Source: Acidobacteriota bacterium (lineage in GTDB: Bacteria; Acidobacteriota; Thermoanaerobaculia; UBA5066; Gp7-AA6). From it: a stretch of 49,001 nt of DNA. Below, one piece after another: positions 29,039-38,209 of this stretch. The stretch's first letter is position 1. Each line of letters opens with the position of its first letter. The notes beneath the pieces were generated by a model that was not told where the DNA came from, made no database searches, and saw only the letters and a program-made list of their open reading frames with translations. A program made the translations under genes and the position numbers. The stretch spans positions 1-49,001 of the forward strand of contig JBKPSZ010000011.1 in NCBI GenBank assembly GCA_046735265.1, given 5' to 3'.

Positions 29039-29131
29039 GCGGCGCGCGTTCCCATTCGCTCCGAAAAAGAATCGGCCAGGCCCTGGAGACCTGGCCGATC
29101 CTCCGACGCGAACTTTGGATCGCGGTGATTT

Positions 29132-29281
29132 CTACGTGACCGAGCGCCCCTGGATCAACCGGATCAGCAGGATCACGACCGCGGCGACGAGCAGGATGTG
29201 GATGAAGCCCGAGATCGTGTATCCCGACACGACGCCGAGGAGCCACAGTACGAGCAGGATCACGAATATGGTCCAGAGCAT
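29132..29281 (-). CDS. lmo0937/DUF5670-family small membrane protein
   Basis: MLWTIFVILLVLWLLGVVSGYTISGFIHILLV (manual translation, 49 aa); AAGGAG RBS. Confidence 0.88.
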   Translation of the reverse strand: MLWTIFVILLVLWLLGVVSGYTISGFIHILLVAAVVILLIRLIQGRSVT

Positions 29282-29344
29282 TTTTCGTCACTCCTTCCTA
29301 GTTCCAGGCGGCCGTCGAGGGCCCCTCCTGTGCGGATGGTAAGG

Positions 29345-29360
29345 AGCGAAAAGCGTGCCA
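29345..29360 (-). promoter_or_regulatory. sigma-54 promoter
   Basis: TGGCACGCTTTTCGCT. Confidence 0.75.
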
Positions 29361-29382
29361 GCCGGGGACCCGAAGCGAAGGA

Positions 29383-30687
29383 TCAGCGGCGGAGACGCGC
29401 CCTCTCGCCCGAGGCGCGCGACGTCTTGCGCGGCGGGGAGGCCTTCGCGCGCGCGGGTTTCTTGACGTCACCGGAAGAGGCTCGCTTCGTCGGCTCGCAC
29501 TCCTCGCCGAGTTTTTCGGGCAGCAGCGTCCGGACCGTGGCCGCCGGAATCGTGCCTTTCTCCGTGAGGATGTACGAGCGGTGCACCATGTTCCGGAGCT
29601 CCCTCACGTTGCCGGGCCAGGTGTGCTTCTGAAGAAGGTCGAGCGCCGTGGGCTCGAAGGATTCGACCCCGGCCTTCTCCTGGGCTTCGATCTCACGCCG
29701 GAAATGCTCGGCCAAGACCGGGATGTCTTCCTTGCGGTCCTTGAGCGAAGGGAGGCAGAGCGGGAAGACGTTCAGCCGGTAATAGAGGTCCTCGCGGATC
29801 TTCCCCTTCTCGAGCGCGTCCTTCGGGTCCCGGTTGGTGGCCGAGAGCAGACGCACGTCCACCTTCAGCTCTTGAGTCCCGCCGACGCGTCGGATCGTGC
29901 GCTCCTCCAGCACGCGAAGGAGCCGCACCTGCAGCTCGGCGCTCATCTCCGTGATCTCGTCCAAAAAGAGCGTCCCGCCGTTGGCCTCTTCGAAGTAGCC
30001 GACGCGCCGGCGGTCCGCGCCCGTGAACGACCCGCGCTCGTGCCCGAAGAGCTCGCTCTCGATCAGAGTCGGGGAAACCGCTCCGCAGTTGAAGGCCACG
30101 AACGGCTTTCCGGCCCGACGCGAGAGGCGGTGGATCGTGCGCGCCGCGACCTCCTTGCCGCTCCCGGACGGCCCCGAGATCAGGACCGGCGCCAGAGTCC
30201 GTGCGACCTTTCGGATCTCCTCGAACACCCGACGGATCGCCTCGGAGCGCCCCACCATCTCCCCGAGACGCCCCGTCTCCTGGAGCTCGGTTCTCAGTGT
30301 GTCGAGCTCGCTTTCGAGCCGACGGCGCTCGGCGACCCTCTGAAAGACCGCCTCGAGCTGAGCGGGCCGGAGCGGTTTCAAGAGGTAGTCCGTTGCGCCG
30401 GCGCGAAGCGCTTCGATGGCGTGGTCGATGGCGCTCGAGCCGGTGATGACGACGGCGTCGAGGTCCGGCTGGGTCTGCTTCGCCTCCCGGAGGATTTCCA
30501 ACCCGTCCCCGTCGGGCAGCGCGATGTCGACCACCAGCAGGTGCGGCTGAAAGTCTCGAACGGCGTCGGAAGCTTGGCGCGCCGTTCCGACCGCGAGCGT
30601 CTCGCCTCCGATGCCGCCGAGCTCGGAGATTGCCTCCTCGAGCCCGCGTCGGGTCGAGACGTCGTCCTCGACGATCAGAGTCTTCAA
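29383..30687 (-). CDS. sigma-54 activator (REC-AAA+), lacking C-terminal HTH
   Basis: REC (VEDD, VDIALPD, KP); GPSGSGKE, ELFGHERGSFTGA, LFLDEI, REDLYYRL, WPGNVREL; basic low-complexity tail. Confidence 0.93.
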   Translation of the reverse strand: MKTLIVEDDVSTRRGLEEAISELGGIGGETLAVGTARQASDAVRDFQPHLLVVDIALPDGDGLEILREAKQTQPDLDAVVITGSSAIDHAIEALRAGATDYLLKPLRPAQLEAVFQRVAERRRLESELDTLRTELQETGRLGEMVGRSEAIRRVFEEIRKVARTLAPVLISGPSGSGKEVAARTIHRLSRRAGKPFVAFNCGAVSPTLIESELFGHERGSFTGADRRRVGYFEEANGGTLFLDEITEMSAELQVRLLRVLEERTIRRVGGTQELKVDVRLLSATNRDPKDALEKGKIREDLYYRLNVFPLCLPSLKDRKEDIPVLAEHFRREIEAQEKAGVESFEPTALDLLQKHTWPGNVRELRNMVHRSYILTEKGTIPAATVRTLLPEKLGEECEPTKRASSGDVKKPARAKASPPRKTSRASGERARLRR

Positions 30688-30938
30688 GCGGTTCGGCCCT
30701 TCTCCGGCGTTTGCATTTCGAGCGCGTCCTGGCGTCCCCTCTCGAACAGCTCGAAAGCCCGCGAGAGCTCGCGGCGGGCCGTCGCGAGCGCGATGGAAGG
30801 ATCGTCTCCCCGCTCCGCCCGGCGGCTGGCCGTTTCCAGATGCAGCGAAACCGCCGAGAGCGGCGTCGATACGTCGTGCAGGAAACGCCGCAACCAGGCG
30901 CGGTCGAGGACGTTCCCGCGATTCGGTTCCGAGCTCAT
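30684..30938 (-). CDS. Stand-alone HisKA/DHp-like protein (putative phosphotransferase)
   Basis: H-box-like FLHDVSTPLSAVSL, 84 aa, no ATPase domain; TTGA overlap with the activator. Confidence 0.7.
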   Translation of the reverse strand: MSSEPNRGNVLDRAWLRRFLHDVSTPLSAVSLHLETASRRAERGDDPSIALATARRELSRAFELFERGRQDALEMQTPEKGRTA

Positions 30939-30984
30939 CTCGATAAATCCTATGTCAGGGGTCTCTGTCTCGGAGAAAGCCGCT

Positions 30985-31018
30985 AAAAACAGGCGCCCCC
31001 GCGCAAACGGGGGCGCCT
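30985..31018 (-). terminator. Intrinsic terminator
   Basis: AGGCGCCCCC/GGGGGCGCCT hairpin plus GTTTTT on minus. Confidence 0.8.
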
Positions 31019-31040
31019 TCGAAGGGGATCGATTCGAGGC

Positions 31041-31691
31041 TTACGCCTTCGAGGCGTAGTGCGCGATCACGGTCACCTTGTCTCCGTTGTCCCCCTTCCG
31101 GTAGGTCACCTTGACCCGGTCACCCACCGCGACGGGACGAAGGATGGAGGCGTTCTCGTCCAGATCGAACGTGAAGTCCTTGTCTCCCGGTCCGGTCACG
31201 ACGATCTTCTTGCCGGGCTCGTACTTCTTGATCGTTCCGACGACCGTCTCCGTCTTCACCTTCGTGTCGGGCGCGTTCGGCACCTTGTTCTTCACCGTCT
31301 CTTCCGTGTGAGAGCGAGGCATGGCCGCCGCGTTCGGCATGGCGCCCGGTCCGGACGCCTCGGACAGGACGGAGACGCGCTCGTGTCCGTCGTTGTCCTT
31401 CCAGTACTGGACCTTGGCCTTCTGACCCACGGCGATCGCGCCGGTCACCTTGGCGTTCTCGTCGAGGTCGAAGGTATAGGTCTTGTCGTTGGGGCCGGAG
31501 ATCTTGATCTTCTTACCGGCCTCGTACTCCTTCACCGTCCCGACGACCGATTCCATCTTGGTCTTCGTGTCGGGGCCGGGTCCGGAGTGCTTCACGGTCG
31601 TCTCCGTGTGCGTCTTCGTCTGCGGCTCCTGGGCGAGCGCCAGGCTTCCGGCCGCGAGACAGACTCCGACCAAAACCAGAGCTCGTTTCAT
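31041..31691 (-). CDS. Secreted protein with two tandem beta-rich repeats
   Basis: Signal peptide; duplicated VVGT.K.YE.GKKI...GP.DK..TFDLDENA. Confidence 0.85.
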   Translation of the reverse strand: MKRALVLVGVCLAAGSLALAQEPQTKTHTETTVKHSGPGPDTKTKMESVVGTVKEYEAGKKIKISGPNDKTYTFDLDENAKVTGAIAVGQKAKVQYWKDNDGHERVSVLSEASGPGAMPNAAAMPRSHTEETVKNKVPNAPDTKVKTETVVGTIKKYEPGKKIVVTGPGDKDFTFDLDENASILRPVAVGDRVKVTYRKGDNGDKVTVIAHYASKA

Positions 31692-31738
31692 AGTCGTTCT
31701 CCTTTCAACGGCCTCGCGAGAGGCCATTGAAGGAGTTA

Positions 31739-31754
31739 TTCAAGAGTCGTGCCG
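31739..31754 (-). promoter_or_regulatory. sigma-54-like promoter (variant -12)
   Basis: CGGCACGACTCTTGAA. Confidence 0.5.
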
Positions 31755-33920
31755 GAATCGTTCGGCGTCGGTCGAGACGACGACTTCGACTCCTTCGGCC
31801 GGGCGACTCGTCGACACGCCGACTTCCTCTCCGCGCGTTTCCACGTGCACGTCGAGGGTGCCTGTCGCCCCGCGCAGGTTCTGAAGCCGGATGTCGCGGA
31901 GAAACGGAGGCAGCTTCGGGCTCTCGAACCGAAACCGGCGGCCGCCTGCGTCGATCGACAGACCGAGACAGCACTGCAGAAGCAGGAACACGGCGCCCGC
32001 CGACCACGACTGCGGCGCGCAGGCCAGCGGATAGAGCGTCGGAGGCTCGCCTTCGTGCCGCTCGAAGCCGCAGAAGAGCTCCGGCAGTCTGCGCAGCTCC
32101 ATCTGGCGGCTGACGTCGAGCATCGCGACGAGCAGGCGCATGGCGAGGTCCTGCCGCCCGTACGCCGCAAGCCCGGCGGCGGCGAGCGCGTTGTCGTGGG
32201 GCCAGATCGAGCCGTTGTGGTACGACATCGGGTTGAAGCGCGCCTGCCCGCGCGCGATCGTTCGAATTCCCCAGCCCGAGAACCCGTCGTCGGAAAAGAG
32301 GGTGCGAGCGACCGACTCCGCGCGCTCGGGCAGCGCGATGCCGGTCCAGAGCGCGTGCGCGGCGCTCGAGCACGCGACGCGACAGGGACGTTTTTCCCCG
32401 TCGAGCGCCATGGCGTAGCTCGAAAGCTCCTCGCACCAGTAGGCCTCGTCGAAGGCGCGGCGCATCCGATCTCCCGCGCTGCGGAGCGTCTCCGCGCGCC
32501 CGCGATGTCCGAGAGCTTCGGTCAGCCGCGCCGCTCCGAGGCGCGCTGCGTAGACGTAGCCCTGAACTTCGGCGAGCGCGATGGGGCCGTCGGCGAGCCG
32601 GCCGTCGGCGTGGAAGACCGCGTCCTGGGAGTCCCGCCAACCCTGTTGAACGAGACCCCTCGGCGACTGCCGGTGATATTCGACGAATCCGTCACCGTCC
32701 CGGTCGCCCCACGAATCGATCCAGTCGAGCGCCGCCTCGACGTGAGGCCAGAGCGTCTCGAGGAAAGCGTCGTCGCCGGTGCGTTCGTGGTAGGCCGCGG
32801 CGAGCATGACGAAGAGAGGCGTCGCGTCGACGCTGCCGTAGTACCGCCCGAAAGGGACCTCGCCGAGCGCGGCCATTTCCCCCTTGCGCGCCTCGTGGAG
32901 GATCTTCCCGGGCTCGGCGTCGTGCTCGGGGTCGAGCTCGCGCGCCTGCGTCTCGGAGAGGTAGGAGAGCACGCCCTTCGCGAGCGACGGATCGAGCCAG
33001 AGCGTCTCCAGGGCCGTCACGATCCCGTCGCGTCCGAACGGAGTGCAGAACCAGGGCACCCCGGCGAACGGGTAGGGGCCGGACGGAAGGGCCGTCGTCA
33101 TCATCTCCAGGTCCGCCGCCGAGCGCCGCAGCCACGCTCCGAAGGCCTCGTGCGGACAGGCGACCGTGGCCTTCTCGGCGGCGGCCGACTCCGCGCGGGC
33201 CGCCGACGGCAGCCGCGGCGTTGGCCGATCCTCCCCCGAGCTCTGGCAGTAGATCGTCTGGAGAAGCCGTCGCTTTTCTCCGGGCTCCAGGCGCAGCGAG
33301 AAGACGACTCCGCCCGGGCGCACTTCGCCCGGCTGAGGATCGCAGTAGAGGTGCGTCTCGCGGACGACGCCGTCCCGGCCCGCATAGGACATCCGGACGC
33401 CGCGTTCCTCCGGGATGGCCGGAAGGCGGCGCCCCTTCTTTTCGCGAGAGGTTCCGCGCACTTCGAAGACGTCCGCAAAGTCCGCGTCCACCGCGACCGA
33501 CATGCGCACGCTCGTCGGCTCGAGCCCGTAGTTGCGCAACGAGATCGCCTGAGAGAATCCGCCCGGGAACGTCCAGACTTCCCGCACGAGGTGGACGGTC
33601 CCGCGCGGGACCGCCATGTGGCCGTCGCGATAGACGTCGGCGTTCGTCAGGTGCGCGACGAAAGAACCGCTGTCGTCCCGCAGGCCGGAGCTCAAGAGCA
33701 GCGGCCGCTGCCCTTCCAGGGTCAGCGCGAGCCGGGAAAGAAAGCGCGTCCCCTCGTGATAGAGGCCGAGCTCGGGCAGTCCGACGGAAGCGATGTCGCC
33801 CAGCCGGTCGCAGATGGCGAACGTCTCGCCCCGCTTGAGCACCCGGGTTCGGCCATCGAGCCTCGACGAGGTCGCCCGGATGTAGAACTGATTGTCGATT
33901 TCGATGACGTCTTCGTCCAA
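31740..33920 (-). CDS. Amylo-alpha-1,6-glucosidase / glycogen-debranching family
   Basis: AGVPWFCTPFGRD, AEPGKILHE, YYGSVDATPLF, QGWRDS, YHNGSIWPHDN, PELFCG. Confidence 0.92.
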   Translation of the reverse strand: MDEDVIEIDNQFYIRATSSRLDGRTRVLKRGETFAICDRLGDIASVGLPELGLYHEGTRFLSRLALTLEGQRPLLLSSGLRDDSGSFVAHLTNADVYRDGHMAVPRGTVHLVREVWTFPGGFSQAISLRNYGLEPTSVRMSVAVDADFADVFEVRGTSREKKGRRLPAIPEERGVRMSYAGRDGVVRETHLYCDPQPGEVRPGGVVFSLRLEPGEKRRLLQTIYCQSSGEDRPTPRLPSAARAESAAAEKATVACPHEAFGAWLRRSAADLEMMTTALPSGPYPFAGVPWFCTPFGRDGIVTALETLWLDPSLAKGVLSYLSETQARELDPEHDAEPGKILHEARKGEMAALGEVPFGRYYGSVDATPLFVMLAAAYHERTGDDAFLETLWPHVEAALDWIDSWGDRDGDGFVEYHRQSPRGLVQQGWRDSQDAVFHADGRLADGPIALAEVQGYVYAARLGAARLTEALGHRGRAETLRSAGDRMRRAFDEAYWCEELSSYAMALDGEKRPCRVACSSAAHALWTGIALPERAESVARTLFSDDGFSGWGIRTIARGQARFNPMSYHNGSIWPHDNALAAAGLAAYGRQDLAMRLLVAMLDVSRQMELRRLPELFCGFERHEGEPPTLYPLACAPQSWSAGAVFLLLQCCLGLSIDAGGRRFRFESPKLPPFLRDIRLQNLRGATGTLDVHVETRGEEVGVSTSRPAEGVEVVVSTDAERFRHDS

Positions 33921-33945
33921 GACGGCACCTTACGGGCGAAGCCGG

Positions 33946-35043
33946 TCAGACGCTCGCATCCGGCGCCCGAACCTCGGGCGCCGCCCGCAGCGCGGGGCGT
34001 CGCGCGAACGGCACCACCCGGTGAGAGGCGACCTCGCGGTAGATCGCCTCGTAGTCCTCCGCCATCCGCTCCGCGGTGAACCGCCGCTCGAAAGCCTCGC
34101 GGCAGCGGAATCGGTCGATCCGCTCGATGCGGTGAACCGCGTCGACCGCGCCGTCGATGTCCGACACGATGAAACCGGTCTCCCCTGGCTCGACGACCTC
34201 GTCGACGGACCCGCCCGGGAAGGCGATGACCGGCGTTCCGCAGGCGAGCGCCTCGATCATGACGAGGCCGAACGGCTCCGGCCAGTCGATCGGGAAGAGC
34301 AGTGCCGCCGCGTGCCCGAGGAATTCGTTCTTCTCCTCCTCTCCGATCTCGCCGAGAAAGGTCACGTGGGGGTCGGACAGGAGCGGCACGATCTGCCGCT
34401 CGAAATATTCGGTGTCCGCGCGGTCCACCTTCGCCGCGATCCGAAGCCGCCGGCCCGAGCGCCGGGCGATCTCGATCGCGCGGTCGACGCGCTTCTCCGG
34501 GGAAATGCGGCCGAGGAACGCGAGGTAGCCGCCGGCGCCCTTTCGGAACTCGTAGAGGTTCTCCGGCAGCCCGTGGGGGACCGTGGCCCGCCACGATGCG
34601 TTCGGAAGCTGATGGCGCTGCGCCCGGGAGATCGACACGAGCGGCATGTCGGAATACTCCCGATACAGCGGCTCCAGATCCGGCAGGTCCATGCGCCCGT
34701 GGAGCGTCGTCACCTGCGGCACGGCGGTGCGGCGCGAGAACGGAAAGTGCAGATAGTCCACGTGGAAGTGGATCACGTCGAACCGGCGGGCTTCCGCGAA
34801 AACCTGTTCGAGAAGGAGCAGATGCCGCGCGATCGGATCGTGGCACTCCGGGTCGAGACGCAGCGCGCGGCGCGCGGTCGGAACGAGGCGGGCCGACGTG
34901 CGCGAGTCGCCGCTCGCGAAAAGAGTCACGTCGTGCCCGAGGCGCACGAGCTCTTCGGTGAGATAGGAGACCACCCTCTCCGTGCCGCCGTAGCGCGCGG
35001 GAGGGACACTTTCGTAAAGCGGGGCGACCTGTGCAATCTTCAT
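33946..35043 (-). CDS. GT4 glycosyltransferase
   Basis: VPPARYGGTERVV, GRISPEK, WPEPFGLVMIEALACGTPV. Confidence 0.93.
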   Translation of the reverse strand: MKIAQVAPLYESVPPARYGGTERVVSYLTEELVRLGHDVTLFASGDSRTSARLVPTARRALRLDPECHDPIARHLLLLEQVFAEARRFDVIHFHVDYLHFPFSRRTAVPQVTTLHGRMDLPDLEPLYREYSDMPLVSISRAQRHQLPNASWRATVPHGLPENLYEFRKGAGGYLAFLGRISPEKRVDRAIEIARRSGRRLRIAAKVDRADTEYFERQIVPLLSDPHVTFLGEIGEEEKNEFLGHAAALLFPIDWPEPFGLVMIEALACGTPVIAFPGGSVDEVVEPGETGFIVSDIDGAVDAVHRIERIDRFRCREAFERRFTAERMAEDYEAIYREVASHRVVPFARRPALRAAPEVRAPDASV

Positions 35044-35057
35044 CACTTCTCCAGAGA

Positions 35058-35073
35058 AGCAGATTTCGTGCCT
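35058..35073 (-). promoter_or_regulatory. sigma-54 promoter (GT4 operon)
   Basis: AGGCACGAAATCTGCT. Confidence 0.7.
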
Positions 35074-35119
35074 CCTCGCGCAAGGCGTGGAGACTCGGAT
35101 CGAATCGTCGAGAACGTTG

Positions 35120-35389
35120 CTACCGGCCGGCCCGGGCCCGACCGATTCCATAGGTCGGCGCCGGCGGAACCGCTTCCGGCGGGGAGGGGAAACGCTTCAC
35201 CGACGCGACCGATCCGCGCGGGCCCTTCCCTCCGTCGCCTTCTTCCGAGGCGCCGGTCCGGACGAAGAGAACAGAAAGCAGCGCGGCGGAACAGGCGAGG
35301 ACGATGTAAAGCGAACCCGAAATCGCGTAGAACAACGCCACACCGACGATCAGAACGAGCAGTGCGGCGAGGATCAGCTGACGAAACAT
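35120..35389 (-). CDS. Small 2-TM hypothetical protein
   Basis: MFRQLILAALLVLIVGVALFY... Confidence 0.6.
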   Translation of the reverse strand: MFRQLILAALLVLIVGVALFYAISGSLYIVLACSAALLSVLFVRTGASEEGDGGKGPRGSVASVKRFPSPPEAVPPAPTYGIGRARAGR

Positions 35390-35434
35390 CTCTTTCCGGT
35401 CCGGCCACTCCGGGCGGCCGGCAGACACCTCCCT

Positions 35435-35450
35435 AGCAATCCGCCTGCCA
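35435..35450 (-). promoter_or_regulatory. sigma-54 promoter
   Basis: TGGCAGGCGGATTGCT. Confidence 0.75.
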
Positions 35451-35461
35451 CGGCTCGGCGC

Positions 35462-36406
35462 TCACCGGAGGCGATCCCGGAGGCGCCGCAGGACCGGGAC
35501 GTCATCCGTGAGGATCCCGTCGGCGCCGATCCGGAGGAGCTGCCGGAGCCTCGCCGGCCGGTTGATCGTCCACGCCGTGACCCGGTCGAAATCGCCGCGC
35601 TGTCTCGCGGCGACGACCCGGCAGACCTCTCTCCGGAAGCCCGGCCAGAGTCTCTCGCCGCAGCCGAGGCTGACCTCGCGGACCCCGCGTGGAATGCCGT
35701 CACGCTCGACGCCGGGCAGTTCGAAGTCCGCGCAGATGCGCACGTTCTCCGGCAACCCGCCGCGGCCGGCTTCGGCGACGAATGCGTCGACCACCTCGCG
35801 CCGGGGACTCAGGAGATGGAAATCGATGCGTCGGAGTCCCGGGCGCTCCGCCGCCTCCCGAACCGTCTCGACGAGAGCCGCAGCCGGTCCTGAGTCATTT
35901 TCGCCGAGCTTCGTGTCGAGAAGGATTCGCTCGAGCCCGCGCGCGCTCGCCGCCCAGTCGAAGAGCTCGGCGAGCGGGACGATGGCGGCCGAACCGTCGC
36001 CTCCGACCCGGGAATAGCCGTATCGCGCCCGGAGGTCGCTCTCGTCGAGCTCTCGAACCGGGCGCCGCCAGGGAGAGCCGGGATCCGGGACCGACGGACG
36101 GTACGCATACCCTTCCGCGCCCGCCTGCCGGAGCAGGGCGATCCGGTCGTCGGGGTCCGCGTCGTGCCAGACGACAAAACGGTCGTCGCGGGTGACGCAG
36201 ACGTCACATTCGATCGCGTTGGCTCCGAGCTCGAGCGCGCGTGCGTAGGATTCGAGGGTGTTCTCCGGCTTCTCGCGGGGCGCGCCCCGGTGGCCCACGA
36301 TCGCGAACCGGCCAGGCCGGATCCCGTTCCGGCAGCGCGGATGGAGCCAGCCGTCGATGACGAACGCCGCACGATGGCCGAGGCCGGGCTCCCCGAACCG
36401 AGTCAA
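35462..36406 (-). CDS. Glycerophosphodiester phosphodiesterase
   Basis: GHRGA..PENTLES, IECDV, VVWHD, AWTIN, DGILTD; TTGA overlap. Confidence 0.88.
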   Translation of the reverse strand: MTRFGEPGLGHRAAFVIDGWLHPRCRNGIRPGRFAIVGHRGAPREKPENTLESYARALELGANAIECDVCVTRDDRFVVWHDADPDDRIALLRQAGAEGYAYRPSVPDPGSPWRRPVRELDESDLRARYGYSRVGGDGSAAIVPLAELFDWAASARGLERILLDTKLGENDSGPAAALVETVREAAERPGLRRIDFHLLSPRREVVDAFVAEAGRGGLPENVRICADFELPGVERDGIPRGVREVSLGCGERLWPGFRREVCRVVAARQRGDFDRVTAWTINRPARLRQLLRIGADGILTDDVPVLRRLRDRLR

Positions 36407-37371
36407 ACGCCGACCCGGTGTCTCCCGTCCGCCGGCCAGAGAAGGGCGAAACGGTCCTGGGTGGCGATGGCGTCTCCTCCCTTTTCGAGGCCGCGGACTT
36501 CGATCGTGAGCGCCTCCTCTTCTAAGGCGCAGTCGAGATAGTGAAAGAAGCGCAACGGCGGGCCGGCGAACGCGTCGTCGGAATGCCGGCGGCGGCGCTC
36601 TTCGGAGAGGCGCACCCGGGCGGCGCCGCCTCCCCCCGCGACCACGAACGTCTTTCCGCCGCGCTCGAAGCGCTCGTAGCTGTGCACGTGGCCCGAGATC
36701 ATCGCGAGGGACTTCCGCGACGCCCGGAAGGGCGGGACGAAGAAGCGCTGGACGTGACGTTCGTCCGAGGTGATCGTGCTGTTCGTGAACGGCGGATGAT
36801 GAAGGAAGACGAGGACGCCGCGCACGTCCGGATCCGAATCCGCGGCTGCCAGGATCGCGTCGAACCAGGCGCGCTGTTCGCGCCACTGTCGGGCCGACAG
36901 GAACCGGACGTTGGAATCGAGGAAGACGAGACCGAGAGGCCCGTAGCGGACGGCGTACCAGTGCCGCGCTTCGACCTCGGGAAAACGCGAGAAGAAGTTC
37001 TGCAGCGCCCGCGGACGCGAGATCCAGTACTCGTGATTCCCGAGAACGGGAAAGAGGCGCAGCCGCGCCGACCGCAGCGGCGAGCAGACGCGGTCGAAGC
37101 GCGACCAGCCGGCCGCCGACGATCCGCAGAACACCATGTCCCCCAGCAGCGCCAGAAAGTCGGGATCCGATCGCACGATTTCGCCGACGAGTCGCTCGCG
37201 CTCGGGGCCGTTCGACTCCCGCCAGAATTCCAGCCGCGAGGTGGGCTGCAGATCACCAACGATCGCGAAGTGCCCGGTCCGAACCGGGACATCCGCGGCC
37301 GCGAAGGGGCCGGAAGTCTCCGGCGAGGGTCGGACCGCCGCCCAGGCGGCCGCGCTCTCAGCCGGGCTCAT
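36403..37371 (-). CDS. Metallophosphoesterase
   Basis: GDLQ, LGDMV, GNHE, HHPP, SGHVHSYER. Confidence 0.9.
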   Translation of the reverse strand: MSPAESAAAWAAVRPSPETSGPFAAADVPVRTGHFAIVGDLQPTSRLEFWRESNGPERERLVGEIVRSDPDFLALLGDMVFCGSSAAGWSRFDRVCSPLRSARLRLFPVLGNHEYWISRPRALQNFFSRFPEVEARHWYAVRYGPLGLVFLDSNVRFLSARQWREQRAWFDAILAAADSDPDVRGVLVFLHHPPFTNSTITSDERHVQRFFVPPFRASRKSLAMISGHVHSYERFERGGKTFVVAGGGGAARVRLSEERRRRHSDDAFAGPPLRFFHYLDCALEEEALTIEVRGLEKGGDAIATQDRFALLWPADGRHRVGV

Positions 37372-37742
37372 TTCGAGACGAGATACTCGCGCTGCCGGAG
37401 GAACCCACGCTGCGATTCCTCCCTCCACGCACGCGGCCACCGCGGGGATCGAACGGCTTTGAGAAGCGCCCGGCAGAGAGCCAGCGACCTCGTCGGCCCC
37501 CGAGCGCTTACGAGCGCCGAGATGCTTCCCCGACCGTGGTGCGGCTCGTACCAGATCGCGGTCCAGCCGCCGCTCTGCTCGACGAGCTGGTACTTCCATC
37601 CCTTGCGGTCCGAAACGAGCTCCGCCAGAGCGAGGGCGGTCCAGTCGCGGGTCGAAAAGGGAGGCACCGAGTCCCCCGCGTGGTCTCCGAAGATCAATGC
37701 GTGCAGTTTTGCGTCGAGCTCCGGCCCTGCCGACACATCCAT
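37368..37742 (-). CDS. Hypothetical protein resembling phage ABA-sandwich/BC1872-like domain
   Basis: AGPELDA...PPFST...LALCRALLKA pattern. Confidence 0.55.
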   Translation of the reverse strand: MDVSAGPELDAKLHALIFGDHAGDSVPPFSTRDWTALALAELVSDRKGWKYQLVEQSGGWTAIWYEPHHGRGSISALVSARGPTRSLALCRALLKAVRSPRWPRAWREESQRGFLRQREYLVSK

Positions 37743-37754
37743 GCCATTTCTTCG

Positions 37755-37770
37755 AGCAAGGTCCGTACCA
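37755..37770 (-). promoter_or_regulatory. sigma-54 promoter
   Basis: TGGTACGGACCTTGCT. Confidence 0.78.
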
Positions 37771-37787
37771 GCGGAAAACCGGCGCCG

Positions 37788-37803
37788 GGGTACGGGACTT
37801 GCT
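37788..37803 (+). promoter_or_regulatory. sigma-54 promoter
   Basis: GGGTACGGGACTTGCT. Confidence 0.7.
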
Positions 37804-37825
37804 CGAATCGAGAGCGGGAGAAGCC

Positions 37826-38209
37826 ATGAAAAAGGGGAAAAAGAACGAAAAAGCCGAGCGACGCGACGCCGAAGCCCCGCACGACTCGGAATCGACGATG
37901 CGGAAGGGCATGGCGACGGAAGGCGTGGAAGTGGACGACGCGGAGACGATGGCGTCGACGGGAAATGCCGCCGCCTCCTTTCAAGAAGTCGCGAGCGGAA
38001 CCGCGACTGGCCGCGGCCTCGATCGAGAGGAGACCGGCGGAACCGGCGGCCTCGCGGCGGGCGAGGACTCCGACGATGTCGCCGCCGGAGACTGGGATCG
38101 CGCGGAGCTGCGCTCCCCGGCCGCCTACCCCGAGCCCGGCCGCGAGGTGCCCGAGCCGGAGCGCGAGCTCACGGCGCGCGACTTCCTGCCCGAGGACGAC
38201 GAGGACTGA
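37826..38209 (+). CDS. Acidic hydrophilic hypothetical protein
   Basis: MKKGKKNEK...; GGAG RBS; D/E-rich. Confidence 0.7.
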   Translation: MKKGKKNEKAERRDAEAPHDSESTMRKGMATEGVEVDDAETMASTGNAAASFQEVASGTATGRGLDREETGGTGGLAAGEDSDDVAAGDWDRAELRSPAAYPEPGREVPEPERELTARDFLPEDDED

